A DNA stretch of 64,000 nucleotides, taken from the NCBI GenBank assembly GCA_946965045.2, contig OX337230.1, forward strand, positions 3,472,001-3,536,000. The letters are read 5' to 3'. The notes under the pieces were generated by a model, which ran no database searches, was not told the DNA's origin, and saw only the letters and a program-made list of their open reading frames with translations. Shown here in pieces: positions 1 through 11,900 of this stretch. This DNA is from Epithemia pelagica. Taxonomy: Eukaryota; Protista; Bacillariophyta. The translations under genes and the position numbers were made by a program. Each line of letters opens with the position of its first letter. Positions within the stretch are counted from its first letter, which is position 1.

Positions 1-78
1 GGGGGGCTTCGTTCGGGTTCTCTCTTCGGTGTCGTTCGGTTTGATCAGTCTTCTTTCGAGACTGTATGTCGAGGGTTT

Positions 79-2279
79 GTGGGCGCTGGGCAGCGCGTGT
101 GTGTTCGGTCAGAATGTTCCATCGCGTCGCATTCGCAACGCAAACAAGACTGGGCTTCTCTGTTTGGAGATGAGACCACTGGGGTAACTATCCGTGGTTC
201 AAGTGGGTCTGCATCTTCCGATGCTTTGGGTACCGTCTTCTGTACACCTGTCCTAGCCGGCTCCTGTTTGAGAGGAATTGATTGGACTGAGATGGAGTTA
301 AGCCCCCAAAGCTTAGAAAGTTGGCAAGCAACGTTTTCTACTCTACAGAAGGCTGCTTCCGAGTCTGAGGACGGAGTGGATCCAACCATGGCGGCGCTGG
401 TGATGGAGTCAACCAAGACAGCGGTGGATTTCACTATGACGCCGGGAAGGAAGCGGCAAGCCGTCGTGGTCGAAACAGTGTCGGAGGAGGATGAAGACGT
501 AACCACTGTCAGGACCCCCAAGATGAAACGACAGGAGATGCCTTGGAATGAGGTGCCCCTTGACATTGGCAACTCACAGCCCACTCCCACGGTGAAGGTC
601 TTGCAGACTGGTGCATGGAGTAGTTTGGTGGAGAATGTAAATTTGTTGCGAGAAAATCATGACCGAGAAGTTTCGGATTGGCGTGAGGCAGAAGTAACGC
701 TGGAGGAACAACTGGAGAAGATGCAAGTCAAGGTGTCAGTGTTGCACGAACTGTTGGGCAAGCGCCCAGAGCAGTTTGGGACGCGGTCCGCTTTTCAGTT
801 ATTGGAGGTTATCATGACCACTGTATCCGCTTTGGAACAGATGGTGTTGGAACGGACGACGGATAGCAAACCACCCACGAATGTCGAGGACAGAATGAAC
901 AAGCTGGATAGTCAAGTCGAAGAACTATCAAGCTGTCTTAAGAGTTCGGTTCGTGCGGCATTGAATGGTTTTCTGGGCGATGATTCGACCGAGTTTCGCA
1001 GGCAGTTTGTGAATCCCACGCTCACTTTGTTATCGAAGTCGTCGGCCTCGAATGCCAATCCCGGAGGCAAGTGGGAGCAGTTGCTTGAGAAGTTGCAGGA
1101 CAGAATGAAGTCGTTGGAAAAGAAGGTTTTGCGAACAAGTGTAGATTCGACAAGCAGGGCTGGGACTAACACAGGAGGATCAATGGGTAGCATGTTTTCC
1201 TGGTTGTCAGTCGGACCGGATGTGGACAGTCAAGCAGCGAATCGGTGGGGTTCCTCGTCAGGAGTTGGAGTCAGATTCGAAGATTCCGTGGCCGATGGGG
1301 CTCGGAATGATATTTCAATGCTGAAAGAAGAGTTGCGTCAGATGCGTGCCGAACTGCACGACTTGCAGGAACAGGCGGATTCCCATTCAATCACCATTGG
1401 GTCGCTTGTTTTTCCGTCAAGGGCCCATTGTGTGACTTGGTTAGCCTTGCACAATGCAACGGCCAATCCACATGTCTTTGTGGACGCAATATCTCTGTTG
1501 TCACTTGCAACCTCCGATGCCAGCCCTGACGAGGAGAAAGCGGCGAATCAGCGAGCGACGACAGCCAAGGTTCGCGATAAGACGCCATATCACATAGCGT
1601 ATATCGCGTCGTTTAACTTGGAGGTCCCGCCATTGCTTGGCAAAGGCTCCGATCAGTCGATGACTACAAATTCGAGAGCTTTGGGCGGTGAGCTTTGGGC
1701 GGTGTACCCAAGTTTGAAGATTTTCATCCTCCGTCGGGCCGCGAAGGTATCCACCAACGCATATGGGATCATGTAAAGGATGGCTCTTTGACGATTCAAC
1801 AGGCGGTGGGAGAGTTGTTTGCGTTTGGTACCGAACCATCCAGTGTGGCCAAGGAGTTGCTGCTGTTAAGCAAAACCTTTTGGGATGAACTGTGCCATTG
1901 GATGGTTCGGTATCATGCACAGGTGCAGGCCGAAAGCGAGGCGAGCGAGCAAGAGGTGTGGATATTGATATCCCATTGCGTCCGTGCCGTTCTTAAGAGT
2001 TTGCGTGAAGCAAGAGCACCGGGAAGAGCATCCAATACCCCTGGTGGAATGTTATGGGGGACTCTTAAGGCTCACGAAGTGATGAAGGAATATCGTTTGG
2101 CGGATTTCAGCGGTCATCCTAAGATTGCTCTTATTTTACATGAACACCTAATTCGGTTTGCGACGCCTCGCTCAAAGTTCGATTGGTTACAGGCGAGTAT
2201 CAACGAGAGGCTAGATAAGATGCAAAGGTCGATCAATCAGGCAGTGTCGTCGGCGAATAAAGCGGGAAAGAAGGCGTGA
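79..2279 (+). pseudogene. gag-like ORF1 of the YR retrotransposon, split by a 14-bp tandem duplication
   Basis: GAGCTTTGGGCGGT occurs twice (1676-1689, 1690-1703). Removing one copy joins ORFs 79..1776 and 1695..2279 in frame. The protein is coiled-coil-rich and lies before pol. Confidence 0.7.
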
Positions 2280-5200
2280 TTGGGCGAGGAGGAGCGACGG
2301 AGCTCCACTTTGGATCGAAAGCGAAAGCTGATAGATACAATGGAGATAGAGGGATCGGAGAAGGAGGTGGCGGAAGATGATTGTTTAGTGAACCGTGAAT
2401 TTAAGGATTACTTAGCACGACGTGCATCCCATGACGTTCAGGATGGTGTCGCCGAGAAAATTGTGTCGCGGCTGAATGTAGGTAAGGGACAGAGTCGAAT
2501 TGGGTTGGTGAGTGTGGGTACCCCCTTTTGGTATTGGGCGGTATCTCCATTGGGCGATGTGGTGTGGATTGATGTAAAGGAGAAACAGAGGTTGATGGGC
2601 GAAACAGGAGCGAAGGATTGGATGAAGAAATCGCTGGAACTTCGACAATTTCAGACGAGAAATCGAGGGGCCAAGAAACAGCGATTCGTGAAAGAGGAGG
2701 TGAATTGGAATGATCGAGCTCCGGTGGACATCATATTTTTTGACAAAGGAATTTCACCAGGTCCAGAGCATCCGGTGTGGAAACATGATTCCGTGCGGTT
2801 GGTCTTTTGGGTAGGTGGTCGAAAGAACGGTGGTCCTCCAGAGAGACTGATTGACGATTGGAAGAGAGGTGTGATGAAATTGGCCCACAATGAGTTGGGA
2901 GGTGTCACCACCCTGGAATCCTGGATTCATGTGGCGGAGCGACGGGAAATGCGAAGAGATCCAACTTGCAAGACCTTGTCGTTCGTTGATTATTGGGGCG
3001 ACTACCTTGAGGCTGGTTTGCAACATACCACGTTTCGAGGTGTTGTGGATCCCACGGTCCCGGGGAGAGAAAGTTCGTTCAAGGAGGTTGAAGAATCCAA
3101 GAAGCTGGGTGGTGGTTCAATTCTGGAACGCAAGATGGATTGGAAGAAGGATGTTGGAAAGGAGCATGTGCTCCCGAGTGTTTTTGGAGTGAGTTGTTAC
3201 GTGAACCGACGGATCTCGGCCAAGGAGTTGGCCGTGGTTCTTGATTTTCCAGCAGAGTTGCACAAGAATGGTACGGAGTCCGAGCTGAAACGATGGACGC
3301 GGGAAATCGAGGTTCCGTTCAAGAGTCGGGTTCAAGTTGTTCTGTCGCTGAGTGGATGGATGGAAGATAGGGTGGAAGAGGGAACGAAGGAACAAAGCAG
3401 AAAGCGAAAGTTGGAGGACGTTGCGGAGACATCGGCTGAGCTTGCGGAATGGGACACATCACGCATGACAGAGGAAGAGACTTTGTTCACTCCTCTTGAT
3501 AGTGAAGGTGGCGGCTCGCTTAATACAGAAGAGCGTCGTGAGGATCGAAATCTCAAAGCAACTAAATCGGATGATGCAGCGATTCCGACTTACCTGTGGG
3601 ATGATAGAGTGTGTGAACGCTTTGGGTTTACGAGCGTTGCGGATTGAACTCGTGCAATCAAGGCCTTGAACTTGATTCGGAAAGGGTTTTACAATATTGG
3701 AAACGGTTGGTAGCAAGTGATTACTGGAGATGGTGGAGATTTCAGAGGTTCGATGAGACAACTGATGAGAGAGAAAGGACGAAGAAATCAGGGTTAGCAG
3801 CATTGGCACATGCGGCACAGGCTTCATGGTGGGATTGGGATCATGGATCCTCACCTTTTTTCTGGCGAATGCCGTGTCTGGAATGGATGGTGCAAATGCG
3901 CGATGGTGTGCCTCCAATGTGGATTGGAGAAGCACCCGCGTACCGAAGGAAACAACAAGCAAACACAGATGAGAAAATGAGAGCGTGCGAAAAGAAGAAA
4001 ATTGCGAAGGTTCGGCATAGAGGATATATTGCTCCAACGGCAAACATCAAGAGCCTTACCAGTTTCTTCTCCGTTCCAAAGGGAGAAGACGATATTCGTA
4101 TGGTGTACGACGGCACCAAGAGTGGATTGAATAAATCCCTCTTTGCGCCGTGGTCCGGACTCGGTAACGTCAATTCAATGTTGCGTACAGTTGAGCCGAA
4201 GACTTGGTCTGCCGACAATGACTTTGGCGAGATGTTTCTTAATTTTTGGGTGCATCCAGATCTCTGGCAGTACACCGGAATCGATATCACGGAGTTGTTT
4301 CCTGAAGAGTTGGCAAGAAAACATGGAAAGACACGAATTTGGGAGGCGTGGACCCGTTGTGCTATGGGTTTGACAACATCGCCGTACCAATCAACCATGT
4401 TTGCGCAAAGAGTAAAGAGAATTGTTTTTGGAGACAAGTCAGACCCAAAGAATATTTTTGGTTGGGTCGATGTGCGGGTAAACTTACCAGGAGATGAGCA
4501 ATACGATCCATCCCTGCCCTGGTTGAGCAAGATCCGAGCAAAGGGGGATATAGCAGCCGACGTGCATCCCTATGTCGACGATCTTCGGGAAACAGCGCCA
4601 ACAGAGGAGGAAGCTTGGCAAGCAGCCAGTCGAATGGCAAAAGGCTCTGCACATTTTGGTTTGCAGGACGCCGCCAGAAAGCGACGGGAACCAAGTAAAA
4701 CTCCTGGTGCCTGGGCTGGAGCGGTGGTGGAAACCTCCGACAAAGGAGAAGTTTACAAAACAGTCTCTCAAGAGCGTTGGAACAAAACGCGAAACCACAT
4801 CAAGAGGCTAAAGGAGTGGGCCGATGATGGTGGATTGGTGGATCAAAAGGAACTGGAGAGGATAAGGGGTTTCTTGGTGTATGTGTCCTTGACGTTTGAC
4901 GTCATTGTGCCATACTTGAAGGGAATTCACCTGACGATGGAATCCTGGAGGGATGATAGAGATGATGAGGGATGGCGATTGCCTGTGAAGGATAGAAGGA
5001 AGAGAGAGGAGCGCCGAGAGGGACCATTGCTTCCACCCAAAATGGTGGAACAAGTACCTTGGTTCAAGGACGACGTTGAGGCTTTGGACCGATTGACACG
5101 GAGCGAGAAACCACCGAGGATACTGGCGCGCCCCACCAGTGGAGCCAGTGTTGCAATGATTTTTGCATACGCTTCTGGAGAAGGCTTTGGATCGTCCTTG

Positions 5201-6094
5201 TGGTTATATGGGACGAATCGAGTAGAGACGGAACATGGACTGTGGACGCGTGAATATGGTTCACGGTCGTCAAACTACCGTGAATTGTACAATCTGGTTT
5301 TGCGCTTGGAGGCCCTTGTCCGTGACAGGACGGTACCGAGAGGAACCGAGGTTTACATGTTCACCAATAATTCGACGGCAGAGTCTGCCTTCTACCGAGG
5401 AACTTCGTCGTCAAAGCTTTTGTTTGAGCTGGTATTGAGGACCAAGAAGTTGGAGATGGAAGGACATGTTTTCGTTCGCGTTGTCTGGGTGGCAGGGAGG
5501 CGCATGATTGAGCAGGGCACTGACGGTCTGTCACGAGGAGATCTGATGACCGGTGTTATGGCTGGCGCAAATATGCTTCTGTATGTGCCATTGAATAAAT
5601 CAGTGGCGGATCGACAGGACGATGTGATACCATGGTTGAAGGAATGTGCTCGAAGACATACTTGGAAGTTGCTGAAAATCCACGAATGGTTCGATGAAGC
5701 GTTTGAAGCAGGGAATTTCATTTGGGCTCCACCACCGGCAATAGCTGATATCGCAGTCGACTTGATGTGCGAAGCAAGGCACATCCGAACACACACAGCC
5801 CACATCTTCGTCTGCCCAGCGCTTATGACAAATCGCTGGCGGAAGAAGTTGGGGAAAATTGCTGACTTTGTTTTTACTGTGCCCGTTGGGTCGTCATTGT
5901 GGTCCAAATCTCAACATGAACCTTTGATTGTTGCATTCGTTTGCCCTTTCTTGTGTAGTGTACCTTGGCAGGTCAAAAGAGCCGACGTCTTACTGGACAG
6001 AGTGGAAGGGCAATTGCATGGCTTGTGGTCATCCGGTGCAGCCGCTGTCAGGGATCTGCTGCGCGAATTATGGGAATTCACGGGGGACGTCTAG
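2280..6094 (+). pseudogene. pol: C5-MTase-like N-terminal region, reverse transcriptase, RNase H and DIRS-type MT-like domain
   Basis: RT motifs FFSVPKG..DIRMVYDGT, DFGEMFLNF and YVDD are present. RNase H motifs FAYASGEGFG and FTNNSTAE have the catalytic Asp positions altered. An MT-like motif FIWAPPP...IFVCPALMT.RW follows. A TGA at 3645-3647 and a 1-nt loss in the T run near 3687-3690 separate ORFs 2280..3647 and 3644..6094 (frame 2280 continues *TRAIKALNLIRKG). Confidence 0.85.
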
Positions 6095-7508
6095 GGTTTG
6101 TCAGGGAATATGGCACGCGGCCTGTTACAAACAGTCCGAACATGACAAGTTTCCTGTGTACGAGACGGCTGATCTCGATGATGCTTTATTGGATGGAGAA
6201 CTGCACGGAGAGATGGAAGATGATGACAAAAGGTTTCAAGAAGCAAGAACGGGGGATGATTTGATGAATTGCTTTCAGTGCGACGACTGTGCGTTTTACA
6301 ACATGCAGGGAAGATATCCTCTCATGGAACACGACGCGGACTCGTTGTTGATGCTTTGCATCCGCCGTGCAAATTTAGATGCATTTTGGTCAAGAGAGAG
6401 GACAACTGTGGAAAGAAATTGGCGTGAGATGAAGAGTTTGATTGCAACAAGCAAAACTATGGGTTTGCACAAACCGTTGCCCCAAAGAGGACCGTTTCGA
6501 ATCGCAGACGACGTGGGCATGAATGTTGCGTGTGTAATGTTGATGAAGACCTTAAGAGATGGACGCAACTCGAAGCACATTCAATTTGAGTCTGCAAGAA
6601 AAGTGAGGTCAGCTGTCTCCAACCTCATGCACTCACTCCCTGGGGGCACTGGTCTGTCGACAGTTGCGCAAGGCGAAAGGGGAGGTCAATTTTTCAGTGC
6701 AAGTCCTACCAATTCATATTGGTTTCGACGATTCATGTCTGGATGTCACAAGAGCATGGGTGACGTATGGTTGCCTGATCAAGCTGTTACTGTTGAAGAA
6801 ATTAAGGCTGGTCTAGCAATATTAGAGGAGGAGTGGTCAGGCGGTGCGGTGGGTCATCGCAAGACCGAGTTGGCACTTACCGGGGCCTTGGTGGTAGTTG
6901 GTTATGCTGCGGCATTACGAGGCGAAGAGATTCCACAGATAGATGTGGGACTCATGCGCAAGTACTGGGAAGAGGGGTTGAACTACGAGAGAAAGAGGCA
7001 CGTGCCTCTGGCTCTAGCTGGACGCTTTAAACAAACGTCTGGAACGTTTCGAATATTCATTCAACCCCTGGCCGACGTAACCTCATCGGGCATTGCGATA
7101 AGGACGTGGATTGAAAGAGCTATTCGTTGCCTGGACTCTGAGGGAGTAAAATCAGGCCCCATGTTTCGAACCGTAAAACGGCAAGGGAAAATCGCTCGAG
7201 CAACGGTTGGCGATCTGGACAGTCTATTCCAACCCTTATGGAAAGGAATCCAACATCATCGCCATCCCCAGCTGATTGTCGAATCAACAAAGATCGAAGA
7301 TGTTTACAGTGCTCGGCGATCTTTTCGGCAAGGAGCAACGACGGAGGCTCAAAATCGTAACATCCCGGACGACATCATTCAAACCAACAATCGATGGAAG
7401 AAACATTTGAAGGGAAGGGGAATTTTGCCCTCCATGAGTATGATTGAACGATACTCTGATGCAAAGGCGTCAGTGGAATCGTTAGTGCGCTTCTCAGAGT
7501 TGATGTAA
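6018..7508 (+). CDS. Tyrosine recombinase of the retrotransposon, with a Cys-rich N-terminus
   Basis: Motifs ALRGEE, RSFRQGAT, NNRW and ERYSD (Tyr nucleophile); N-terminal CANY...WHAACY...CFQCDDC. Overlaps the 3' end of pol, as is typical for DIRS-order elements. Confidence 0.85.
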   Translation: MACGHPVQPLSGICCANYGNSRGTSRVCQGIWHAACYKQSEHDKFPVYETADLDDALLDGELHGEMEDDDKRFQEARTGDDLMNCFQCDDCAFYNMQGRYPLMEHDADSLLMLCIRRANLDAFWSRERTTVERNWREMKSLIATSKTMGLHKPLPQRGPFRIADDVGMNVACVMLMKTLRDGRNSKHIQFESARKVRSAVSNLMHSLPGGTGLSTVAQGERGGQFFSASPTNSYWFRRFMSGCHKSMGDVWLPDQAVTVEEIKAGLAILEEEWSGGAVGHRKTELALTGALVVVGYAAALRGEEIPQIDVGLMRKYWEEGLNYERKRHVPLALAGRFKQTSGTFRIFIQPLADVTSSGIAIRTWIERAIRCLDSEGVKSGPMFRTVKRQGKIARATVGDLDSLFQPLWKGIQHHRHPQLIVESTKIEDVYSARRSFRQGATTEAQNRNIPDDIIQTNNRWKKHLKGRGILPSMSMIERYSDAKASVESLVRFSELM

Positions 7509-7634
7509 GGTCGATTGGAGTCTGATGTCGGATATGGAAAGCAAGAGGGAATTAAGTGAGAAGGAAAGGAGGAAAAGTTACACAAAGGAGAAAGAAGAAA
7601 ACTGAACTTACGAGAGTGAAGAACGACCGCACGG

Positions 7635-7857
7635 GGAGATGACTTGACTATACCCTTCGGGGAAATAGTCCAGGTCGCTTGTTGATTGTCTGCTTGCCTG
7701 GTGAAGATTGGGGATCCTCTCTCTACGTTTGAAGGTTTGGGTGTGGCAACCTGGACCGACAAGCATCCATGTCTTGCGAAGATATTTCGGAGGCATGGCC
7801 TTACTTTGTGAGGAAATGGAGGGCGGTTCGTTGATTGGATCCACACTCGCACGCAAC
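7635..7857 (+). repeat. Split direct repeat B1
   Basis: Near-identical to 18921-19143 (GGAGATGACTTGACTATACCC...CACACTCGCACG(C/T)AAC). Confidence 0.95.
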
Positions 7858-8340
7858 AAACATGGTATTGCAGAGTCTGGAGATCTGCGACCGTGGAGCG
7901 ATTCCGGATCCCTCCTGAATTTGGGATTATTGGGTGGGGGGTCTATATCCCCCCCCCCATGTTGGTTAAGTATTATCTTAGTACACTGCAAGTCAATTTT
8001 TAACCGACTTCCAACAGTTTAACTTAAACGGTTAATAATGACTGTTTAAAAATTTACGATACCATCTCGCCCCCCAAAGCTTATTCGGTTAGCACATTTC
8101 CCTTATTCTGTAAGAAAATCACCAAGTCAGTTTCGAATCAGTTAAGAAAAACAAGTCAGTCAACCCCAAATTACTAACTGCTCAAGTAATTCAGTCAATT
8201 CGACATTTATTCCGTCGCCATCCAATATTATCCAGTCAACAGTCTCCATTCTAACCGACTAATATGCCTATCCAAACAATTGACCGAATAAACGGCTGAT
8301 ATTCAGTTTCACGCTCGTCTAGTCAGTTAAATTACATAGA

Positions 8341-8348
8341 GACGAGAG

Positions 8349-8422
<74 letters not shown>
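8341..8422. repeat. (GA)n microsatellite inside the left end of the CACTA element
   Basis: Directly visible GA dinucleotide run. Confidence 0.95.
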
Positions 8423-8423
<1 letters not shown>

Positions 8424-8564
8424 GCGACAACGACGAGAGATCACATGAGACCACAAAATTACAGCATCAACAAGAGAGAGAAAGAGAATATATGAGGAAG
8501 AAGAAATGTATATGCTGTATATATATTATAGTACATAAGGTTTGTCTTCGTCACTTCATGATGC

Positions 8565-8960
8565 TCAAGCTGCTTTGGGTTTACGCGTCCTCATTGACCG
8601 GACCACAGCTCCTGTTTCACTATCATGTTTCATCTTCTCTTTCATTTTCTCCATGTAACATTCGTTACAATAGGCATGTTTACACGGATGAGTTCGCACA
8701 CATGCATTTTTGCATGCCATTACAGGATTTGTCTGATTCACCTTTTTGCCAGGACCACCGAACCTCTCATTACAGCTCACACATGTGGATGGCCAATTAG
8801 TATTCTGTTCGTAGTACTTTTCCTTGAAGTATGTTGAAGTATCTTGACAAATCAAAAGGCCCAGTTCATGATTTTCATCTGGGCATACACATTTCTTTTT
8901 CCTTCTTTTTGGGGTCTGTTGTTTGTTACGAACACACTCCACTCCCTGTTTATCGACCAA
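8565..8960 (-). CDS. Cys-rich zinc-finger-like ORF (RING/PHD-like), possibly the last exon of the upstream gene
   Basis: CVSC...MACKNAC...CKHAYCNECY pattern with a basic C-terminus. No ATG start; splice-like signals lie upstream. Confidence 0.5.
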   Translation of the reverse strand: MVDKQGVECVRNKQQTPKRRKKKCVCPDENHELGLLICQDTSTYFKEKYYEQNTNWPSTCVSCNERFGGPGKKVNQTNPVMACKNACVRTHPCKHAYCNECYMEKMKEKMKHDSETGAVVRSMRTRKPKAA

Positions 8961-9261
8961 TTACAAGTGAGAGAAGGGCATATATCTGTTATTAGCACAT
9001 ATTACCTTCACGAAACAATCATACCTTCCTTTTGGTTGGTTCTGGACTATTGACCTGTCACATCAATCACCAATGGTTAGTAAAACAACAACCGCTCACA
9101 TATAATAGTTCATCCTCGCTTTTTGGTACAATTCTCTTACTTTTTGTTTATTATTCTTGGTTTCACGATGACAAGACATGTTGCAAAACCACAATTTCAA
9201 TCAAACATGAGCAACAATGACATGACGAGACCACATATTTTCCGCAATGAAATATTCTTTA

Positions 9262-11530
9262 TCATACCTGTTTGTTTTCTCCCACACTGATATTATCCGG
9301 TTTCCCAGTCAATGTGTCCTTTTCCTTTTCGACTTCCACAATCTCTGTTGTTATCGTACTTTTTTGCGTTTTTAACAATAGAGCAGTATTGCTGCTCTCC
9401 TCTTCGACAGACTCACTTATACCATCTGATCTCTGACTTGAATCGCGTTGCATATCAATATCGTCGTCCACTATTTGTGCACCAGCCGACTGAGATGGAA
9501 TACTTGGCTTGTCCAGAATATTGTGACTGACATCAGGTCTCTCATTCGCAATCAATGCGTCGTTCTCATTCGCAATCAATGCGTCGTTGGGGTTGGTAGT
9601 ACGTAGAGCAGCAATACTGCTCTCTTCCAATTCTCTTGTGCGATGATTTTGACGACTCGGATCCAGTGTTTCTTTACCAGTCGATAATCTGTCAACGACG
9701 TTGGAAGCACGTAGAGCACCATTAGTGCTCTCTTTTGATTGTTGCGCGGGACAATCTGGCATCCCATTTTCCATTTCTTCTCTGGTTGTTTCTCTAGTTT
9801 CTGATTCATCTGCCAATACGGGGTTGCTATGTTGCTCCTCAAACAAAACTACACTCAAAGATTGAGATTCCACAAAAGATACACTCACATCCTCTTCATT
9901 CGCTGCATCATTTGGTGCATCATCTATTGTGTCAACCACCCCCAAAGGAACAGGACAATTCCTCTCGACCGCGTCAGACGTTGATCTCTTGTCATTCTTT
10001 TCTGTCGTGTTCTGGTTTCCACGCCGTTCTGATTCATTCTCTGTTTGGAGAACTTCATTGTTTCTCTCAGTCACATGTCCATTTTCCTGAACTGGTTCGG
10101 TCATATCAGAAATTTCGGCTGGATTATTCTGCACAACCAACTCTCTTCCGGTTATTTCTCTATCTGCTTGACGAGATTGTCGTGGGACAAAACATGTTGC
10201 ATAGAGCATGCGGACACATTCTTCGTCAATGCGGAGACCATGTGCCTCGGTAAAGATTCGACTAGCTCTTTCGAAATCCGGTGTAGCACTGTCGACTTCT
10301 ATTTCCCTCACATCATTTTCATCCTTATGATTTTCATCCTTTTCACCAAAGTCACATAGACACAAATATAAGGGACACTTTTTGTTGCCACGTCCAATCG
10401 ATTTCGATGCTCTTTTTTGCATTCTGTCGTACCTTGTTTTTGCATACAACCACATAGAAGAATGTCGACGTATTGTACTTTACCTTTTGTTCGTAATCAT
10501 GGTTTTTTCCTTGACCTTTAGTAAGGGAAATACTCCAGCCAGTGTTTCTGAGCATGGGGGCCATTAAACTCCCAACAATGGCGGATTTGGCCGATCGGGC
10601 AACAGCCGAAAATCCACCTCTATCTGTTGAACAAGTCCTCGTCCTTTTGCCATTGACAAATTTCTCCTTTTGTTGAGGGGCCAGTACCATTCCTTCCCTT
10701 GCAAACCATCGATCTATTGCGTCAGCAAGCCAGTGACGATCTTTGTGGAATTTGTGTACGAGTTCAAAGACCATCCGTTGATTGGAGGGCGTGCTTTCGA
10801 GTGAATTGAGGATTCTCCGAAAATCAACGAGATGTACTGGATACGACGCAACTTTCGGCATCATAATAGTCATCTCCTTAGCACGGTCTCTGATGTCTTC
10901 GGTGTATCGTTCCACAATAAAGGATCGAGGGCTTTCTCTAATCTCTTTGATCTCTTGTAGCATAGCCTCTCCATCAGGTTCTTCTAAATCCGCAAGTCCA
11001 TCTGTCCTCCTGTTCTTACGATACATCCACAGTCGTTTTGCTTGCTCCGCGTTTGCGGGGCCGGCACCAGAGTCATGCTTGAAAAAATTACGCGGATAAA
11101 CCAATAGTTCACGATCCGAATTCGCGTTTGTTTCTGGACCACTTATTTCTGTTGTCGACCGATTATCCCAAAGATGCTGTTGTTCATCATTTATTGTGGT
11201 CGATGTAGAAAGAGCACTATTGGAAGCTGTGTCTGGATTGTTAGAACCAGAAGAATTCTCCAACGATATACGCGAAGCACTCCGGCCGTTGCTTTGGTCC
11301 ACGTGATTTTGTATCGCCATTCCTCGATGAAAACATCTCTGAACAGACTGAAAATACATTAGAAACGATTCTGTCATTGCAAATATCAGTCCGTGCCATT
11401 TTAACTTACCATTGTCATCAATAATTTGTCTCAGATATTCTACAGGTATATTCGGTGATGACGGTGTGTTGTTTTCGTCAATGAACAAAACAGCGGAAAA
11501 CCTCCATCTTTTCCATTTGAATGCAGACAT
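9262..11530 (-). CDS. Hypothetical CACTA accessory protein (two overlapping ORFs; intron or frameshift at 10352-10455)
   Basis: ORFs 10352..11530 (392 aa) and 9262..10455 (397 aa, acidic low-complexity, NENDALIA duplicated). The latter ends at CAG|GTATGA, a donor-like site. Confidence 0.5.
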
Positions 11531-11900
11531 ACAACGGTCAATCCGAGTACCGGTTGATGAGTAACGGTTTCTAAGTAAAAAGGTGTCTCAACTAGTACGT
11601 CATGTCCGACAATCTAATTAAGATTGTGTCTGGTACTTAGGAAAGACAAGTATTATGATAAAATTCGAACACAGACGTTTTATCTTCATATGTATATTGA
11701 TACCAGGCTATGGATACTTAACAATGAATATGTCCTACCAAGACTGATCCGGTACCCCCCAAATGAGGGCGAATTCATCCCCCAACGCCTTCGAACATAT
11801 CATCCCTCTCTCAAATCTCTCTCGTCATATGAGACCATGACAAGAACAGCGAACAACACATACCGTTGATTCTTTTACAAAGGAGCACACTCCCTCATTT

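Noticed and set aside
1676-2282. Programmed frameshift or read-through in gag and at the gag/pol junction
   Set aside because: The shift near 1695 is fully explained by a 14-bp duplication. The TGA-TTG junction at 2277-2282 cannot be judged without intact copies.
7379-7852. Near-identical ORFs 7379..7852 and 18623..19156 (minus)
   Set aside because: The similarity comes solely from the non-coding B1/B2 direct repeat.
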